From a virus, in the IMG/VR virus record IMGVR_UViG_3300050505_000421, positions 26,579 to 90,578 of that record: DNA of 64,000 nt, one strand, 5' to 3'. The notes beneath the pieces are model-generated. The model was not told the origin of the DNA. It saw nothing but the letters and a program-made list of their open reading frames with translations, and did not search any database. Both the position numbers and the translations under genes were made by a program. Shown here piece by piece: positions 62,086-64,000 of the stretch (position 1 is its first letter; every line of letters begins with the position of its first letter).

Positions 62086-62928
62086 ATGTCCGTCTTCATC
62101 AACGGTGCCGGCGTTGAAGCCGCGATTGTTTCGGGTGGAAACGTGCCGCTAGGACTAGCTTACACAGACAGCCCTTCGACGCCTCTGCCGTACCGCAACG
62201 TCACCGGGCAAGCGCTTACTCCGGGTCAGGTAGTGATCTTCGACACGGCAGGGGCAGAGACCGTGAACTTCGGTTCCGGTAACGCGCGCTGGCCGATGGT
62301 CGTTGTGATCGGAGGCGCGTACCTTGGTACAGTTTGGTGTGCGGCGGACGGGCAGAAAGCTGATGTGATCATTTCGGGTTCTGTGACACTCGGTGATCAA
62401 CTCGTGATGGCCTCGAACGGGTTTCAAGCCTCCGCCGATAACACAGAAACCGATCCATCGCGTATCCTCGGCGTCGCGTTGGCGTCCGCGGCAAGCGGAA
62501 CGATTCCAATGCGTGTTGGACCCTACCCAACGCTGCGACCCCAGACACCGGGAACGGTGCGCCCTTTAGCGTTTCCTGTGACCAATCGTACTGGTGGATC
62601 TCTCATCGCAGGCGATTGCTGTCGTCTCTCAAGTGCAAACGACAGTTCGGTCATCGCAAATTCGGGGGCTGCTCAAACCGGAGCCTGCGTTGTGGTATAC
62701 GGCGGAGCGGACACGGCAACAGTGTGGGTCGCGCAGTGCGGAGTAGCCTCTGTTCTGTGCACAACTGTCGCCGTTGCGCGAAGGGACATCCTGCAACTTT
62801 CCGCTACCGCTAAACAAGCGGAGACGACGGCAACACCTACCGCTGGTGCGACGATCGGATTTGCTCTCACTGCCAAGGGCGCGGGCTCCGCCGGCCTTGT
62901 AACTGCGGTTATCGGACCGTCGCTCTAA
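62086..62928 (+). CDS. protein with two DUF2190/cement-like modules
   Basis: NxTG...GxxV ... GD.L ... xLGVAL/IGFAL repeated twice. Confidence 0.6.
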   Translation: MSVFINGAGVEAAIVSGGNVPLGLAYTDSPSTPLPYRNVTGQALTPGQVVIFDTAGAETVNFGSGNARWPMVVVIGGAYLGTVWCAADGQKADVIISGSVTLGDQLVMASNGFQASADNTETDPSRILGVALASAASGTIPMRVGPYPTLRPQTPGTVRPLAFPVTNRTGGSLIAGDCCRLSSANDSSVIANSGAAQTGACVVVYGGADTATVWVAQCGVASVLCTTVAVARRDILQLSATAKQAETTATPTAGATIGFALTAKGAGSAGLVTAVIGPSL

Positions 62929-62932
62929 AACG

Positions 62933-64000
62933 ATGGCCACACCGCAACTGATCCCGGCCCGGGTTTCATCCCAGGTCGCGAACGCCACAGGCAGCACGGT
63001 CGCCTCCGGTGACCTCGTTGTAGCGGATCCAGGCGCAGACACAGTCGCCATCTTTGCCACGCGCATGCGGGACAAGAGTCCTGCGGTAGTCACTGTGGGC
63101 GGTGCAAACGGGCAGCCCATCATGATCGCCACCGCAGGTCGCCACACAGTGCGTGTTCTGCAAGCACAGCAAGTAAATATCGGTGATCGCTTGGTGGCTT
63201 CGGCTACCGCGAAGCTTGCGATGGTGGACAACGACGCGCGTTCCGGCCTGGTTGTGCTCGGCGTGGCACGTACAGAGAAGACCGCAGGAATCGCCGGGAC
63301 TGTCGTTGTGGATCTCGGCGTCGGTAGCGGCGGCAGTCGAAACCGCCTCGACTTCGTCGACGACTTCGGGGCTGACCCGAACAAGGGCGGCACGTTCGTC
63401 ACATGCGATCAGGCGTGGCAAGACTACCTCGACTCGCTCGAGGTGGACAGTTACGGCCTTTCGGGTGGAACCATCCACTTTCCGCACGGGCACTTCTACT
63501 TCGAGGACGACATCATCATTCCGCGCGCCATCATCATTGATGGTACCGGCGGTGGCTTTGCCGGTCGTTCGATGACGGCCATCCACACGGCACTCGGCAA
63601 AGAAATCTTCTTCAGCAACTTCGACTCGTTCAGCCTCGACGCGTCCGGTGCGATTCTTCGCAACGTGAACGTCCTGACAGCACCGCCGGCCAACTTCGCG
63701 CAGGCTGGGCACGGCATCAGAATGAACAGCGCGGGCTACTGCGAGAACGTGTTCGTCGGCTACGTCGGGAAGAATGCGTTTCACATCGAGACCGGCCTGG
63801 ACCCGGCCAATGCGAACGACTGGTTCCTCTACCGTTGTACAGCGTCGAACATCGGCGTCGCCGATCGTCCGGACTACAACACGGGCAACGGGATCTGGGT
63901 CAAGGGCGGAGACACCAACGCGGGCGGCTCCCTTCGTTTTCGCGGATTCAACTGTCTCGAGAGTTGCATCCACGACGAGAGCTTCCTCGGCAACTCGCAC
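62933..64000 (+). CDS. cement-like module plus pectate-lyase-like beta-helix (depolymerase/tailspike), 3'-truncated
   Basis: Open to window end (absent from ORF track); DDFGADPN.G...DQAWQ...GGTIHFPHGHFYF motif. Confidence 0.75.
   Translation, partial: MATPQLIPARVSSQVANATGSTVASGDLVVADPGADTVAIFATRMRDKSPAVVTVGGANGQPIMIATAGRHTVRVLQAQQVNIGDRLVASATAKLAMVDNDARSGLVVLGVARTEKTAGIAGTVVVDLGVGSGGSRNRLDFVDDFGADPNKGGTFVTCDQAWQDYLDSLEVDSYGLSGGTIHFPHGHFYFEDDIIIPRAIIIDGTGGGFAGRSMTAIHTALGKEIFFSNFDSFSLDASGAILRNVNVLTAPPANFAQAGHGIRMNSAGYCENVFVGYVGKNAFHIETGLDPANANDWFLYRCTASNIGVADRPDYNTGNGIWVKGGDTNAGGSLRFRGFNCLESCIHDESFLGNSH

Noticed and set aside
1-64000. tRNA, rRNA, integrase, DNA polymerase, terminase, transposase
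   Set aside because: No cloverleaf-sized gaps or diagnostic motifs recognised; they may lie outside the window.

Overview
A 64-kb segment of a high-GC tailed (myovirus-type, contractile tail) bacteriophage or prophage; host most plausibly Myxococcota (inference from protein families, not proven). About 1-21 kb is a dense plus-strand run of small accessory, nucleotide-metabolism and regulatory genes (2 MazG-like, HNH, EpmC-like, DUF1653, MmcB-like, DUF4031, LuxR-HTH, triple Xis-like HTH, CCHC knuckle, SLT, 5'-nucleotidase, RyR) ending in a lysis cassette. 21.6-24.7 kb is a class II ribonucleotide reductase with a LAGLIDADG intein. 25.4-56.2 kb is the morphogenesis module (PBSX-type portal, XkdF-type protease fused to a 2H phosphoesterase, scaffold, capsid, neck, sheath, tube, chaperone with a -1 slippery site, tape measure, baseplate, fibre). 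56.2-61.6 kb is the only minus-strand gene block; it is followed by cement-like modules and a truncated beta-helix depolymerase. The most striking unexplained feature is a dispersed asymmetric 17-bp element, CTTCTTCCTTGTG(T/C)TTG, with 23 recognisable copies (11 exact). Orientation A sits just after stop codons, orientation B (its reverse complement, containing the Shine-Dalgarno AAGGA) just before start codons, several A/B pairs form hairpins with G:U and compensatory pairs, and inverted copies bracket the minus-strand block. No terminase, integrase, polymerase, tRNA or CRISPR array was recognised. Family assignments come from recalled motifs; no database search was run.
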